Source: Lama glama (taxonomy: Eukaryota). From it: a stretch of 64,000 nucleotides of DNA. The notes below the pieces were generated by a model. It worked only from the letters and a program-made list of their open reading frames with translations. It searched no databases and was not told where the DNA came from. The stretch covers positions 5,396,001 through 5,460,000 of the forward strand of contig CM052816.1 of assembly GCA_028534125.1 (NCBI GenBank), in the 5' to 3' direction. A program made the translations under genes and the position numbers. This document shows, in pieces, positions 46,870 through 58,899 of this stretch (positions are counted from its first letter, which is position 1; each line of letters starts with the position of its first letter).

Positions 46870-47741
46870 CACCTAGAATAGCCAAAACAACTTTGGAAAA
46901 GAACAAAGATGACTAACACCTAATTTCAAGACATATTAAAAAGGGACAGTAATCGAGACAGTGTGGTATTGGCACAAAGGAAAACAAGTGGATCAGTGAG
47001 GCAGAATAGAGGGCACCGATACAGGTCCACATATATGGACAACTGATTTTTAACAAAGATGCAAATGCAATTAAGTGGAGAAATGATAGTCTACTCAACT
47101 AGATATCAATATGTGAAAAAAACAAAAGAATAACTTTACACTACATACAAAATTAACTCAAAAATGGATCACAGATCTGAATGTAAAATCTGAAATTATA
47201 AAACTTCTAGAAAGAAACATAAGGGAAAAAAAACCTTGTGACTTTGGGTTAGGCAAATATTTCTTAGATATGACACCAAAAGCATGATACATAAAGAAAC
47301 AAACTAATAAACTACATCAAGATTAAAAATTTGTTTTTGAAAAGCAACTGTTAAGAAAATAAAAACATAAGCCACAGACTGGGGTAAATACTACAAAGTA
47401 TATATCTAATAAAGAATTTGTATCCAGAATATAAAGAACTTTCAAAATTCAATAATAAGAAACCAAATAACCCAATTTTTAAAGAACTGGCAAAAGATAC
47501 GGACACATTACAAAGAAGATATACACAGGGCAGATCAGCACATGAAAAGATGCTCAACATCACTGGTCATCAGAGAAATACAAATTGAAATCACAATGAG
47601 ATAACACTACACACGTATTAGAATGGCAAAAATTGAAAAGATCATATTAAGTGTTGGTAGGGATGTGGAGAAATTGAAATTCTCAAATACTGCTGCTGGG
47701 AATGTAAAATGGTACCTCCACAATTTTTAAGAAGTTAAATA

Positions 47742-48036
47742 CAGCAGACCCCTGAGGATCTGTGGGGAATTGGTTTCAGGATCCCCCAAGGATATTAAAA
47801 TCCATGGATGTTCAAGTTCCTCATATAAAATGGTGTAGCAGCCTCTCATATACTTTAAATCATCTCTATATTACTTCTAACACCTAATACAATGTAAAGG
47901 CTACGTGAATAGTTGCCAGCCAGAGGCAAATTCAAGTTTTACTATTTGGAACTTGCTGGAATTAAAAAATATATATTTTCAATCCAGCTGGTTGAATCTA
48001 TAGATGCAGCACCCATGGATATGGGGGGGCTGAATG
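47742..48036. mobile_element. MER2-like TcMar-Tigger MITE
   Basis: Inverted termini cagcagacccctgaggatctgtgggg / cccatggatatgggggggctgaatg, flanked by TA (47740-41, 48037-38). Internal aaatccatggatgttcaagt..tactttaaatcatctcta. Confidence 0.92.
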
Positions 48037-48631
48037 TATACAACCTAACATATAATCCAGCCATTCCACTCCTACATACATATTTACCTAAGAGAAATAA
48101 AAGCATATGCCTACACAAAGACTTGAACATTAATGTTCACAAAAACTCTGTAGTAGCCTCAAAGTAGAAACAACCCAAATATCCACCAACAGATAAATAG
48201 ATAAATAAACACTGACATATCCATACAAAGGAATATTACTGACCATTAAAAAGGAACAAGCTGTTACACATGTTACAGTAAGGATGAATCTAAGAATAAT
48301 CATGCTTAATGAAAGAAGCCAGCTTGAAAAAAAAAAGTACATACTGTATGACTCTATTTGTATAAAATTCTATAAAATACAAACTAGTCTACAATGACAG
48401 AAAGCAGATCAGTGGTTGCCTAGGGAACAGAGGAGGATGGAAAGGACAGGATGGCGGGGTTGCAAATACAAAGGGACACAGGAAACTTTGGGAGGTGATG
48501 GATATGTTCATTATCTTGATGTGGTGGTAGTTTCATCAGTATATACACATGTCAAAAACTTAGCAAATTATACATTTTAAACGTGCGATTTACTCTATGC
48601 CAATTATACCTCAATAAGGCAGTTTCTAAAA

Positions 48632-49310
48632 ATCCACATCATAGTGAAACTGCAGAACATCAAAAAGAGATATCTTAAAAGTAGCCAGAGAAAAGACAGA
48701 TTTAAAGTAATAATCATTATATGACCCCTGACTTCTCGACAGCTATAAAAGAATCAAGAAGTCAATAGAATAATGTATTAAATATTTGAGAGTAAACAAT
48801 TGTCAAACTAGAACTGTATACCCATTTAGAACAGGGGTAAAATAGATATTCTCAAGCAAACCCTAGAGTTTGCTATCAGGAGACCCTCACTTAGAGAAAT
48901 TTAAAAGAATATGCTTCAGGTAGAAGGAAAGTGATTCCATTTGGAAGTCTTGCATAAAACAATTAAGAGTACAGTCTTACTGAATTAGAAATAATAACTC
49001 AAGATACAAGACTACAATAGCATGTAAGTCAGAAGAAGAAAGGGTGACCAAAGTTGAAGGATTCACTAAGTTCATTGTATTGGCTGGGAGTAGGATAAGT
49101 ATATTGATTAATTTTAGACTCAAGAATACAGGTTAAAATTTCTTGCTTTACTATTCAAAGTGTAGAAACAGAAAACTGAACTTTCTTAGTAGAAAAGAAA
49201 AAAGGTAAAATGGAGGGGGATTGAAAAGGAGAGAAAGGAGACGGAAAATAACATAAAAAGGTGAGACAAAAAGAAAGCCCAGAAGATGGAAGAAATAATT
49301 CTCCACTACA
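48632..49310 (+). mobile_element. L1ME-like ORF1 C-terminal part and inter-ORF region (continuation of 45275-46414)
   Basis: cacatcatagtgaaactgcagaacatcaaa (HIIVKLQNIK), ctgacttctc, aactagaactgtataccc, gagaccctcact..ttcaggtagaaggaaagtga. Confidence 0.8.
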
Positions 49311-49456
49311 ATGTGAACTTGTTGTGGACAGAGGCTCTGTTATGTTGCCCACTGTATCTTTAGTGCCTACCATAGGCACTATGAGATACTATGATAAATA
49401 TCAGATGACTGGGAGTTTGCTGAGTGAGTAAATAAATGTTTAGATGGATGGATGGC

Positions 49457-50155
49457 TGTGGTATAATAAATATATTTGGTCTTTGTCCCAGGTTCCTGGC
49501 ACAAAGCCCCTAAAACCCTTGGAATTTCCGGATAGGAGTGTCCTTTGTCATTCATAAGAAGCCCTTCTGAGTACACTTAAGCTTATGCTGATGATGTGAC
49601 TTAGGGTAGGGGGACCGTAGCCCTAAGATGGGATGGTTCAATAGAAGGACCACCCATGGACCTCCAGGAAGCGGGGAAGGGGGTGTTGCACATTAAGCTC
49701 TACCAAAACTCTTGAAAAAGGAGATTTGATGAGTTTCTGAGGGTTGGTAAACATGAAAAGAGGGTGACACACCCCAGTTCCTCTCAGGACCCTTTGAAAT
49801 CTCACCCCATGTACCTCTTCATCTGGCTGTTCATCTGTATCCTTTATAATACCCTTTATAATCAACTGGTAAACATTTCTCTGAGTTTTGTGAGCTGCTC
49901 CAGCAAATTAATTGAATCCAAGGAAGGGGCTGTAGGAACCTCTGATTTATAGCCAATCAGAAGCACAGGTGACAATTTGGACTTGTGCCTGGCCTCTGAA
50001 ATGGGGGTTGTATTGCAGGACTGAGCCCTATACTTGTGGGATCTGACACTAACTCTGGGTAGAAAAGTGTCATAATGGAGTTCAATGTGTAGGCAACCAG
50101 TCAGTGCCATTAAGCATTGGAGAACTGCTGGGCGGTATTGGACAAAACACATTTG
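49457..50155 (+). mobile_element. MER21-like ERVL solo LTR, inserted in an L2 tail
   Basis: tttggtctttgtcccaggttcctggcacaaagcccctaaaacccttggaatttcc, cctcttcatctggctgttcatctgtatcc, tgtgggatctgacactaactc. tgaa/tgga L2 tail repeats lie on both sides. Confidence 0.92.
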
Positions 50156-50529
50156 AATGGTAGATGAATGGATATGGCTGACTGAATGAAGCTGAATGAA
50201 TAAAGAAATGTATGAATAATATAAAACTTCATTTTGGCCCAAAGTTTCAGCCTTCTCCAGGCACCCAGGCACCACTTCATTTATCAGAATTAGCCAACAA
50301 ATTACAGACAGGACAAATTGAGTTTCTCTCTTTTTCCCTGGCCACTTCCTGGGAGCAATGAAGTATGCAAGATACAGATGGACGAAGAAGAAGGAGGCAG
50401 CAAGGGACTGGGTCAAATTAATCACAGATTACAGAAAAGTTGATAGAATGGAAAATTATATATACATGGAAGGTAGCTTCCAGTTTTGAACTACGTATTT
50501 AATCCCTTCAGGTTCATTTCTATGGCTAA

Positions 50530-51270
50530 TGCCCTAGTTGGGGTCCTCAATACCTACAGTAGGGACCATAAAGTCTTTAATGTTTTCTGTCTCTCTTCTA
50601 CTTCCTTGTCCATCTACACTTCATCACATCATGATACACAGCCACCATGAGGTCACTAACCCCCACCCTCCTGCTCAAATGCGTCAATGGATCACAACTG
50701 CCTTCTGGAATCAAATTCAAATTTCTTAGCCTGATTTTCTAGGCACCTTAAGATCTGATTTTCATCACCCTTTCTCTCATCATTCTCCCTGAATACTAGG
50801 CTTTAGTCAATAGATCCCATGGCTGTTCTACCTCTGCATCCTGGCTTATGCTGTTCCCTTCAACTGTCATTCCCCTCTGCCATCTTTGTTACTGAAGTTG
50901 TGTACACTCTTTGAGGCCCAAATCAAATGTTAACTCCTCCATGGTGCTTTCTGGTACAGAGCCAAAAATACATTTTTTCACTTATAACACTTTGTTTATA
51001 ACTCTTTTATGGTCCTTAACACATCCTATCATATGCTCTATTTGTGAGACAATTTAGTCTAAAGGTTAAGTACACGGACTTTGGAGTCAGAAAGACTCGG
51101 GACTGAATCCAGGTCTGCCGTGTCCCAGCTGTATAAACTAGAGAAGTTTCTTAACTTTTCTAAGCCTCAGTTTCTTCATCTGCAAAATGGGGAAAATCTG
51201 TATCAGAAGACTGCTCTGAAGGTAGAATGAGATTGTGCCAATAAAGCATATACTATATGCATTAATTATT
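50530..51270 (+). mobile_element. L2 fragment (about 50530-51030) followed by MIR (about 51045-51270)
   Basis: cctctgcatcctggcttatgctgttccctt..aggcccaaatcaaatgt (L2); aaggttaagtacacggactttggagtcaga..aagcctcagtttcttcatctgcaaaatggg (MIR). Confidence 0.85.
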
Positions 51271-51569
51271 ACCAGAATATACGCCTTATGCCCTGTCTTT
51301 CATGGATGTGGGTCTCCCGAGAAGAGGCTCCATGTTTCCTTCTATCTCTTCCAGGACCTACTATGGTGCCCCACGTGGTGTTTTTTCAAACTATGCAAAA
51401 ATAATTTCCAAATCAAGAATTAATGTGATATTAAATATGCTTCCATTCATGTTAGTACCACATTAAGCTTCTACAGGATTCTTAAGGTTTATTGCATTTG
51501 TTAAATATTCAGTGTCTTTCATATCCCTGAAAACCCCATATGCTCTAGATTTTACTAGATGATACTGAC

Positions 51570-52550
51570 ACTTTATTAAGAAAACAAAAAGGCACAGTCA
51601 TACACCAGGAGAATATATTCACAAAACATATCAGACAAAGACTTGTATTAACAGAGTATACATTTAAGAAAAAAAAAAAACCTCTTAAAACTCAATAAGA
51701 TAACCCAATTAAAAATTGGCAAAAGACTTTAATAAACACTTCACAAAAGATACAAAATGGCCAATAAACATATGAAGAGATGGACTTCATGAGAGCATGT
51801 AAATCACATGTGAGAAACATAAGTTGTATTTCTTCATACCCGTGAGAACAGCTAAGACTGATCATTCTAAGTGCTATCAAGGATAATGAACACCTAGAAT
51901 TCTCATACACCGACAGTGGGAATGCAAAATGATACCACTACTTGGAAAACAATTTGGCAGTTTTTTAACACATTAAGCATACACCTACGATACAAACCCA
52001 GCCATTCGACTGTTTTTGTAGGTATTTACTCAAGAAAACAGAAACATAAATGCACACAAAGACTGGTACACAAATGTTCATGGCAGCTATGTTTGTACCA
52101 GCCAAAAGTTAGAAACAACTCAAATGTTTAGCAACAGGTGAATGGATAAACAAATGACAGTATAGCCATGTAATGGAATACTACTCAGCAATAAAAAGGA
52201 ATAAGCCACTGATACACACAAGAACATAATGAATCTCAGTATCATCATGCTTAGTAACAAAAAAGCAGGCAAAAATGAACACAAACTATATGAATAATTC
52301 TATGTAAATTTCTAGAACATGCAAGCTCATCTAGAAGGACAGAAAGCAGGTCAGTGACTAAGTGGAGACAGAGGGAGGAACAGATTGCAAAGAGGAACAA
52401 AGAATCTTTTGAGGGATGATAGAAATGTTTGTTATGATTACGATGGTTGGTTCACAGGTTTATACATATGTTCAAACTAATCAAGTTCCACACTTTTAAA
52501 CTGGGCAGTTTATTATATTTCAGATAAACCTCAACAAAGTTGTATAAAAA
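51570..52550 (+). mobile_element. Old L1 (L1MB8/L1ME1-like) ORF2 end and 3' UTR
   Basis: aacccaattaaaaattggcaaaagac, cttggaaaacaatttggcag, aatggaatactactcagcaataaaaaggaa, cagaaagcaggtcagtg. Confidence 0.92.
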
Positions 52551-54739
52551 AAATACTAACACTTAAAAAAAAACTTTACTTATAGCAACAACAAGAATAA
52601 GAACAAAATAAAGCAAGCAAGCCATTCACTGGCAAAGTGAGCAAAGCCTGAAGTTGGTCTGAAAGCTTCTCTTGGAAGTGCAGCCTCAGCATAAAGAGAG
52701 GCAGGAAGGCCAAGGCAGGAAGCTCGGCAGACAGGCCTCAGATCGCAACAGGGAGCACCATAAATTTGGACTGGATATGACTGGCTTTTTGAAGTTGGCT
52801 TCATGGCAAAGCTGCTTTATTCAGTGCCCGAGCCCCTGGCAGTCCAATACTTTGAGCCTGAGACAGATGTCAGGTTGCATTCCTGTGGCCTTTTTTCTTT
52901 TCCTGTGTGCATTTCGAAAGAGTTCTGGGTGCCCTGAAGCCTTCACCCAAAAGCAGAGTTATAATGGGAGATTTCAGGCATGGCTGGAGGCCTGAAGACA
53001 CAGATCTTAGGGGGAAAGGAGAGGCAGAGTCTTCACATCGCTCCAGGCATGACTGTGCAGACTGAGCACAGCACAACCTGGGGGCGGGGGGCACTCACAG
53101 TCACGATGAAGCATGTGGTGCCCTGGAGGGTGCAGGGAGGGGAAAGAAAAGTGCCTCTGGGAGGCTGAATTCCCTGTGCTAGTCGTACCCTCAGGAAGTA
53201 TTGGGCTCTCCCATTGCTCCCTTCATCAAAGGTTATTTTAAGAAAAAAGCTTAAAAGTAAAATGTCATGGAACAGGCAAGGCAGGAAACTGCACTGTACC
53301 TCACCCATTCACTCTGCTTAGCCCGATTCTAGCCCTCGCCTGTTATATTCCTGCATTGGGTCTCTCTGGAAGCCCCTTAACCTCCAGATGTCCTGGTTTC
53401 CCCATCTGTTGGATGGAGAGATAATCCCTACCCTGCCCCCCTCACTCATTTCACACACACACACTCCACCCAAAGACTGAAGCACACATAATCCTGAGAA
53501 TCCTGGAACCCAGGGGTCAGACTGGTGGGCCACAGCCAAGACCCAGCAGGCACAGATGGCTTTATTTGGCTGGCACGATATTTAAAACTCAGGAGAGTCC
53601 ATATAAAATAATTCAGAAGTCTGTCTTTTCCTGGAGAACCCAAAGATCTGGCCTCACTGGATCCACATTCCCAAGCAGTCCGCTGGAGCTGAGGAATGAG
53701 CCCCCTTCTCACCCGCCCACAGACCCCACCAGAGGACCCTCCCCTCCCTGAGCTCACTGGGTGGGCCTGTGGGCATCTGGGTCTGTTCTCGAGTCAGAGA
53801 GAAGGGGACTTGGACTCCATCTAGTCAGACCAGCCTTCACCCAAGCTATCTCGCGACAGGCTAACCTTAAGGCAGCCCCAGCCTGGAACATTTCTCTTGA
53901 TGAGGGAACTCATTACCGGTGAGGACACTCATCAGCGGGATTCCGTTGCTAGGAACTTCTTCCCTATCCTCTAGTGGAAGGCCTTTCCCACCCTCAGGCC
54001 TGGGTTCTGCTTTCCTCTCGTGTCCTCTGCCTGCCATCCCAGCATTTCAGGCATTTACAGCATCTGGTTCTTCTACGGACACTAGAGCGCCCAGTTTCTT
54101 TAGCCCTTCCTCCTTCCCTGACATTCCCAGGGTTTTCCTCTGAGAATGCTCCACCTTATTTCTGTCCTGTGAGGAGCTGGTGGAGTCTTTCTCCCCATTC
54201 CATCCTAAGGAGCTGGTCGAATGAGTTACAAACACATGTTCCTACATGGCTTCCTTCTAATGAGCTCTAAAGAGAGGCAGCGTCACCGGGTACCATAAAT
54301 GACAGTAAATATGTTCCGTTGGTTTCAGTCTTAGCATCCTCAGTGATAAAAACAGACCTTGTGGCATCAGAGGCAGGATAACTCACACTCTCTACAAATC
54401 ATTTCTGAAACAGAAACATGAAACATCAGGGATTTCCCATGTTTTAAAAAATTACAAACATCTTGGAGTGAAAGCAATTGTTTCAAATTTTAAAAATAAG
54501 TAGCCTGTATTCTGAGGTACGTACTTTTTATGGCAGGGAAATAAAAAGATGCCAAGGTTCCCCAGTTCAGATCTAAGGTTGGAACAAGGACAAGAGACAA
54601 AAATTCTCTCTCCTGTGTTTCTCATGGCTTTCTTGAAGATCAACATAGTGGGGAGTGAAAAAAGCGCTGGACCTTTATTTCACCCCAAAGAAGTGTGTGT
54701 GTGTAAGAGAAAGAGAGACACTGAGAGGGAGGGAGGGAG

Positions 54740-55774
54740 TGGAACCGACCAGAACCCTGCAGGGTCCCCAGCCCAAGTATAAAACCAAGCAGCTAATGAT
54801 GAGGACAACAGAGTCACAGACTCAGTGTCTGATGCACATTCCTGAGTTGTCTTATAGACACTGTAACTGCCACCAGAGGGAAAAGAGCTAACTGCATGAT
54901 GACCAGACTGCAGCCATGACATAAGCTACTCCATCTTGAGCAGCGCTGAGTCTATGGCTAGCACAATTCCAAGAACTGGCCTCGAGAGAATGGGGTTAAC
55001 ATTACTGCTTATAGTAATCTATCTTTGTGGGCACCCAAATAAGTATAGCTTGCTCTGCCTGTATATGTAAATGGGCAACTAAACTTGTCAGCAAAGAGAT
55101 GCTACAGACCCATGTTGACATCTTCCAGTCTGAGAATACAGCACCCTATGTCAGCATGAAGAAGCCACAGAAGATGGATTTCCACCCCTGACCCCACAGA
55201 AATAGAACGATGTTTGATAGTGGGGGAATTGAAAGCAGCTCTTCTGCCCCTTTCCTGTTTACCCAGTTCTGTCCCCCTCTAACCTTAAAAGAACCTAATT
55301 ATAGGAATTGTGATCACTAAGCAATTGAAACTAACTCCTGACTTATGCTCTCCCAAATGCACACCACGCCTTGTCTAACCCGCTGATTCTTTCCTTAGAT
55401 AAAAAGAAGGAAGAATGGAGAATTAAGTAGTTAAAGAATGATTAGCTCTCTCCCTTCAGCAGCCCCCTTGGCAATCCTGCAGGCAGATCACAGGGCAAGA
55501 CAACATCTGAAGAGAAAGTCCGCCAGACTGCACTCAATGGAGGATGCAGAACCCAATATCCTGCCTTGATGATTCACTCAGATTCTTCCCCTCATTTTTT
55601 CCTTTAAAAGCTGTCATAGCTGAGCAGAATCTTCGGAGATGGTCTCTTGATGCGAGTCCACCATTTCCCCAGATTGCTGGGTTTTCTGATTAAAGCACTT
55701 TCCTTTCTACTGACACCTGCCTCTCAACTTACTGGATTTTGAGTGGTGAGTAGCTGAACCTGACTTTGGTAACA
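54740..55774 (+). mobile_element. Composite ERV1 (MER41-like) LTR element
   Basis: TG..CA termini (tggaacc / ggtaaca) with 4-bp ggag on both sides. catgatgaccagactgcagccatgacataagct..caattccaagaactggcctc and the 3' end attaaagcactttcctttc..ttttgagtggtgagtagc resemble artiodactyl MER41-like LTRs. Internal agtgggggaat+tg junction at 55219-55231. Confidence 0.8.
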
Positions 55775-55829
55775 GGAGGAGCGGGTGGGGGCTGAGATCT
55801 TGCAAAGGTCACTTACTGTCTGTCTCTGG

Positions 55830-55985
55830 ATCTCAGTTCCCCCAGGCCCTCAAATTTACATCAGAACCACCTGGGTGTGTGCTTTGTTAGACAGACAGAT
55901 TCCTCGGCACACCCACAGAAATTCTGCATCAGGAGGACAGGGTGGCGTCAGGAAGTTGGGGTCTGACAAGTGCTAGGTGATGGTG
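55830..55985. mobile_element. MER5A/B-like MITE (degenerate)
   Basis: acatcagaaccacctggg..ttgttagacagacagattcctcggcacaccc..aattctg..tgacaagtgctaggtgatg. Confidence 0.65.
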
Positions 55986-56029
55986 CTCCTCCCAGGTTTC
56001 TCATCTAGTGGTAACATTCTAAGCCCACT

Positions 56030-56640
56030 CTTCACCCTATCCTTTGGCAGGCACTCTGCGGCAGGAGGCCTGCAAGGCCCTGGGGCCATGACAGTAAACA
56101 AGTCCTACAGGCACAGCCCTCAAGAAACTCATGTACCAGTCAGGGGTAGGCGAGGTTAAGGGGAAACTGCCAAGGAAATGGATGACTGTCCCAGGATACC
56201 AATGGGACTGTGACATCCACAAGCACCGGGTGCCGAGGGAACCCACCCTGATTGACGAAGGCATGGAGGTCAGGGAAGGTTTGCTGGGGAAGGTGACGTC
56301 TCAGCAGAGACCTGAAGTATGTGGAGGACCTGCTGGGAAGCCCCACTAGGTAGCATGTCTGAGGCCTGGGGACCAGGTAGAGAACGTGTGTCTGGGGAGT
56401 GGGCGGGCTTCGCTGGACCCCACAGAGCTGGAAGGGGAGCAGGAGACGGTGACTGGAGAAGCTGACAGGGGCCAGGTCACGCAGGGCCTGGGCCACCACA
56501 CTGAGGACTCTAGATTTCCTCCTGAAGGCTGTGGGAAGCCGTGGGAGGGCTCTCAGCAGAGAAGGGACATGACCAGACTCGCACGTCAGGAAGATCCCTC
56601 TGCCTGCAGTGTGACATGAAGGAGGAAGAGGCTGGAATAG
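56030..56640 (-). mobile_element. L2 LINE fragment
   Basis: ggtcagggaaggtttgctggggaaggtgac..gcagagacctgaag, ggccaggtcacgcagggcct, gggaagccgtgggaggg..aagatccctctg. Confidence 0.88.
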
Positions 56641-57679
56641 ACGAGGCTTCTTTTCTTGGCTGTAAAGGCTCAGGGCTGAGTGGCCAGAGCAGCGAGTGTC
56701 AGAACTGCTGAGGGTCAGGACTCCCAGGGAAAACCTCAGACTTTGGCTTCTTATCCCAGGGTCGGCCAGGATGGTCGCTCTTCCTTGCTGGAGAAACTTA
56801 GGGCCGGCAGAGAAGGAACCTCTCTACACACCCACCTGCCTCATTCTGTCTGGGCTGTGTGCTTCTCTCAGGCCCAGAAAGGGAGCTGGAACCTGCCAGT
56901 TGGTCTTAGGGTATCAAGAGGCAGAAGGTTCCAGAAATAGCTCAGAAGAGAAACATCCCTGATGCAAACATAAATTGGATCTTAATAACTTCCTCGTGGC
57001 CAGCACTCGGCAGTGTATGATGCTTTTGATCACCATATCTTTTTGGAGGCTCCCGGCACTCCTGGGGAAAACAGGTGCTCCCGTTTTAGAGAGGAGGAAA
57101 CCGAGGCCTAGAGGGCTTGAGTGGCTGGTGCAAGGTCACGGAGAGAGTTAGAAACAGAGCAGAGGCTAAGAATTCATCCTGCGGCTCTTTACTGCTATTG
57201 ATCCCTAAGCCCACGGGGACTGTAATTAATTAAAATGTCTCTTCTCAGCACTGGAGACAGCCAAGTGGAGAATTCAATGAAAACGATTTGCCCAGGGTGG
57301 AAGTGTTTCATCTTGAAGTCCTGGGAGGGCTTTTGAAATGAGAGAGGGGCCGATGAGGTGGGGAGGGAGAAGGTGCCGACAGCCTGTTAGGAAATGGCAT
57401 TTCTGGTTGAAAAACTCCCACTCCATGAAGGCTGAGACCGTGCAGCTGAGGCCATCCTCTGCTCTGAGGAGGTGGACAGTCCTGCTCCCAGTCAAACAGA
57501 GGGTCCGGGCTGGGGTAGGGAAGGGAGTTGGCAGGAGTGGAGGGGACAAAGCACATGCAGTTCGTCCTGTTCTACCCTCACCCCCAACATTAGTATCCAG
57601 GGCAAATCAGGTAAATTAAACCCACACAGTTTATTTGTAGGAAGGAAAACAGGCTCCAAATGTCTCTAGTACCAAAAAA

Positions 57680-57900
57680 TTAACAGCTATTTTTGAGCCC
57701 TTACAGAGTGCCAGGCACAAGCCCTGTCTGTATAGTCTCACAATGGATCTTTGGCATCAGTCCATGATGTTGGTAACTATTATCTCCATTTTACAGGTGG
57801 GAAAACTGAGGTTCAAAAAGCATCACCCTTAAGGTTTTGCACAACTATGACCAATGACAAAGCCAAGATTCAAATCTCAGCCTGTATGACTGCTGAGCCT
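57680..57900 (-). mobile_element. MIR SINE (another copy at about 56990-57200)
   Basis: tttttgagcccttacagagtgccaggcac..ctccattttacaggtgggaaaactgagg. Confidence 0.85.
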
Positions 57901-58718
57901 GTGTTCTGCTGGAGGAGGGGGTGGTGCCTGAGGGAAAGGCCCCCTAACCAGGTTTGTCTTGATGATGGGGGAAGGGGGATGCACTGACTCTGTGTGTATG
58001 GGAATGTTCATTGATTTTATTTCATCTAGAAGGCAAGCTGGACTTTCTTCATCTCCTTTCTCTCCACCTGCTTTCCTGGGATGACAAAAAGGGGAACAGA
58101 CATGCCATCAGACAGTGCTGAGGCACCACAAAGTCAAAGGCACAGATATCAATCCCACAGGGAAGAGGCAGCAGAACCTCCAAATCCCATGGCACTCCAG
58201 TGCCCCACTACCACCACTGCCCCTCTGCTCCTGACACACACCTGTGAGCAGGAAGGGTCGAGCAATAACCTTATTTTCCACAGGAGTCACAGAACACACA
58301 AATCTTGGGCTCCATCAGCATCACCAGGATGGAGAATAGGCCTTGAGGCTGAAGCCACTGTAGTTCACAAAGGTTGGGGAGGAGATGAGTAGGGGCAGGG
58401 AGGTCTGCCACACAGACTGAGAGGGTGGAAAACAGACCCAGTGAGAGAAGGAAGAGGAAGGACATGGGGGCTGCTCAGCCTCCAGGAGGCCTAGGGGTGA
58501 TCTATTTATCATCCTAGTTGCTCCATGGCTGTTGGAGTAATTTTTATGGGCAAACTGCCCAACAAGCCTCTGAGCACATGGGACAGGAGGTAAAAGGTTA
58601 TGCTCTTATAATTAAACCATGACCACCTAGTGCTGGGCAGAGGAAAGAATGTCTCACTCATGAAGACAGGAGAGGGGAATTTTTTTCTTCCATAGGTCAA
58701 CAAAATTTAGAAGGGAAA

Positions 58719-58871
58719 GGGGGGAGGGTATAGCTCAGTGGTAGAGCACATGCCTAGCAAGCACAAGGTCCTGGGTTCAATCCCCAGTACCTCCATTTAA
58801 AAAAAAAGTAAACAAACAAACACTCAATTACCTCTCACCAAATCAAATAATAAATTAAAAAAATTTTTTTT
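58719..58871 (+). mobile_element. Camelid tRNA-Ala-derived SINE (Vic-1 type)
   Basis: ggggagggtatagctcagtggtagagcacatgcctagcaagcacaaggtcctgggttcaatccccagtacctcca, with Pol III A box (58731) and B box (about 58773) and an A-rich tail. Exact 15-bp TSD aatttagaagggaaa at 58704-58718 and 58872-58886. Confidence 0.95.
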
Positions 58872-58899
58872 AATTTAGAAGGGAAAAATCTGCCATGGT

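Larger units (their letters stand above)
46415..48630 (+). mobile_element. Second old L1 (L1MB8/L1ME1-like), ORF2 RT region to 3' end, nested in the L1ME ORF1
   Basis: RQGCPVLPLSFSVALGILA in ORF 46336-46527 matches L1 RT motif RQGCPLSPLLFNIVLEVLA. Continues after the gap (acctagaatagccaaaacaac) to caattatacctcaataag. Confidence 0.9.

Noticed and set aside
49862..50425. 187-aa minus-strand ORF
   Set aside because: Antisense to a MER21-like LTR and an L2 tail, with no domain similarity.
54869..54884. CTCF-like ccaccagaggg (also at about 12740 and 42556)
   Set aside because: Lacks or mismatches the downstream GGC(A/G) part of the core; weak matches.
58719..58795. Possible tRNA-Ala gene
   Set aside because: It has a 5' extension, substitutions in the anticodon arm, an A-rich tail and a TSD, so it is a SINE rather than a functional tRNA.
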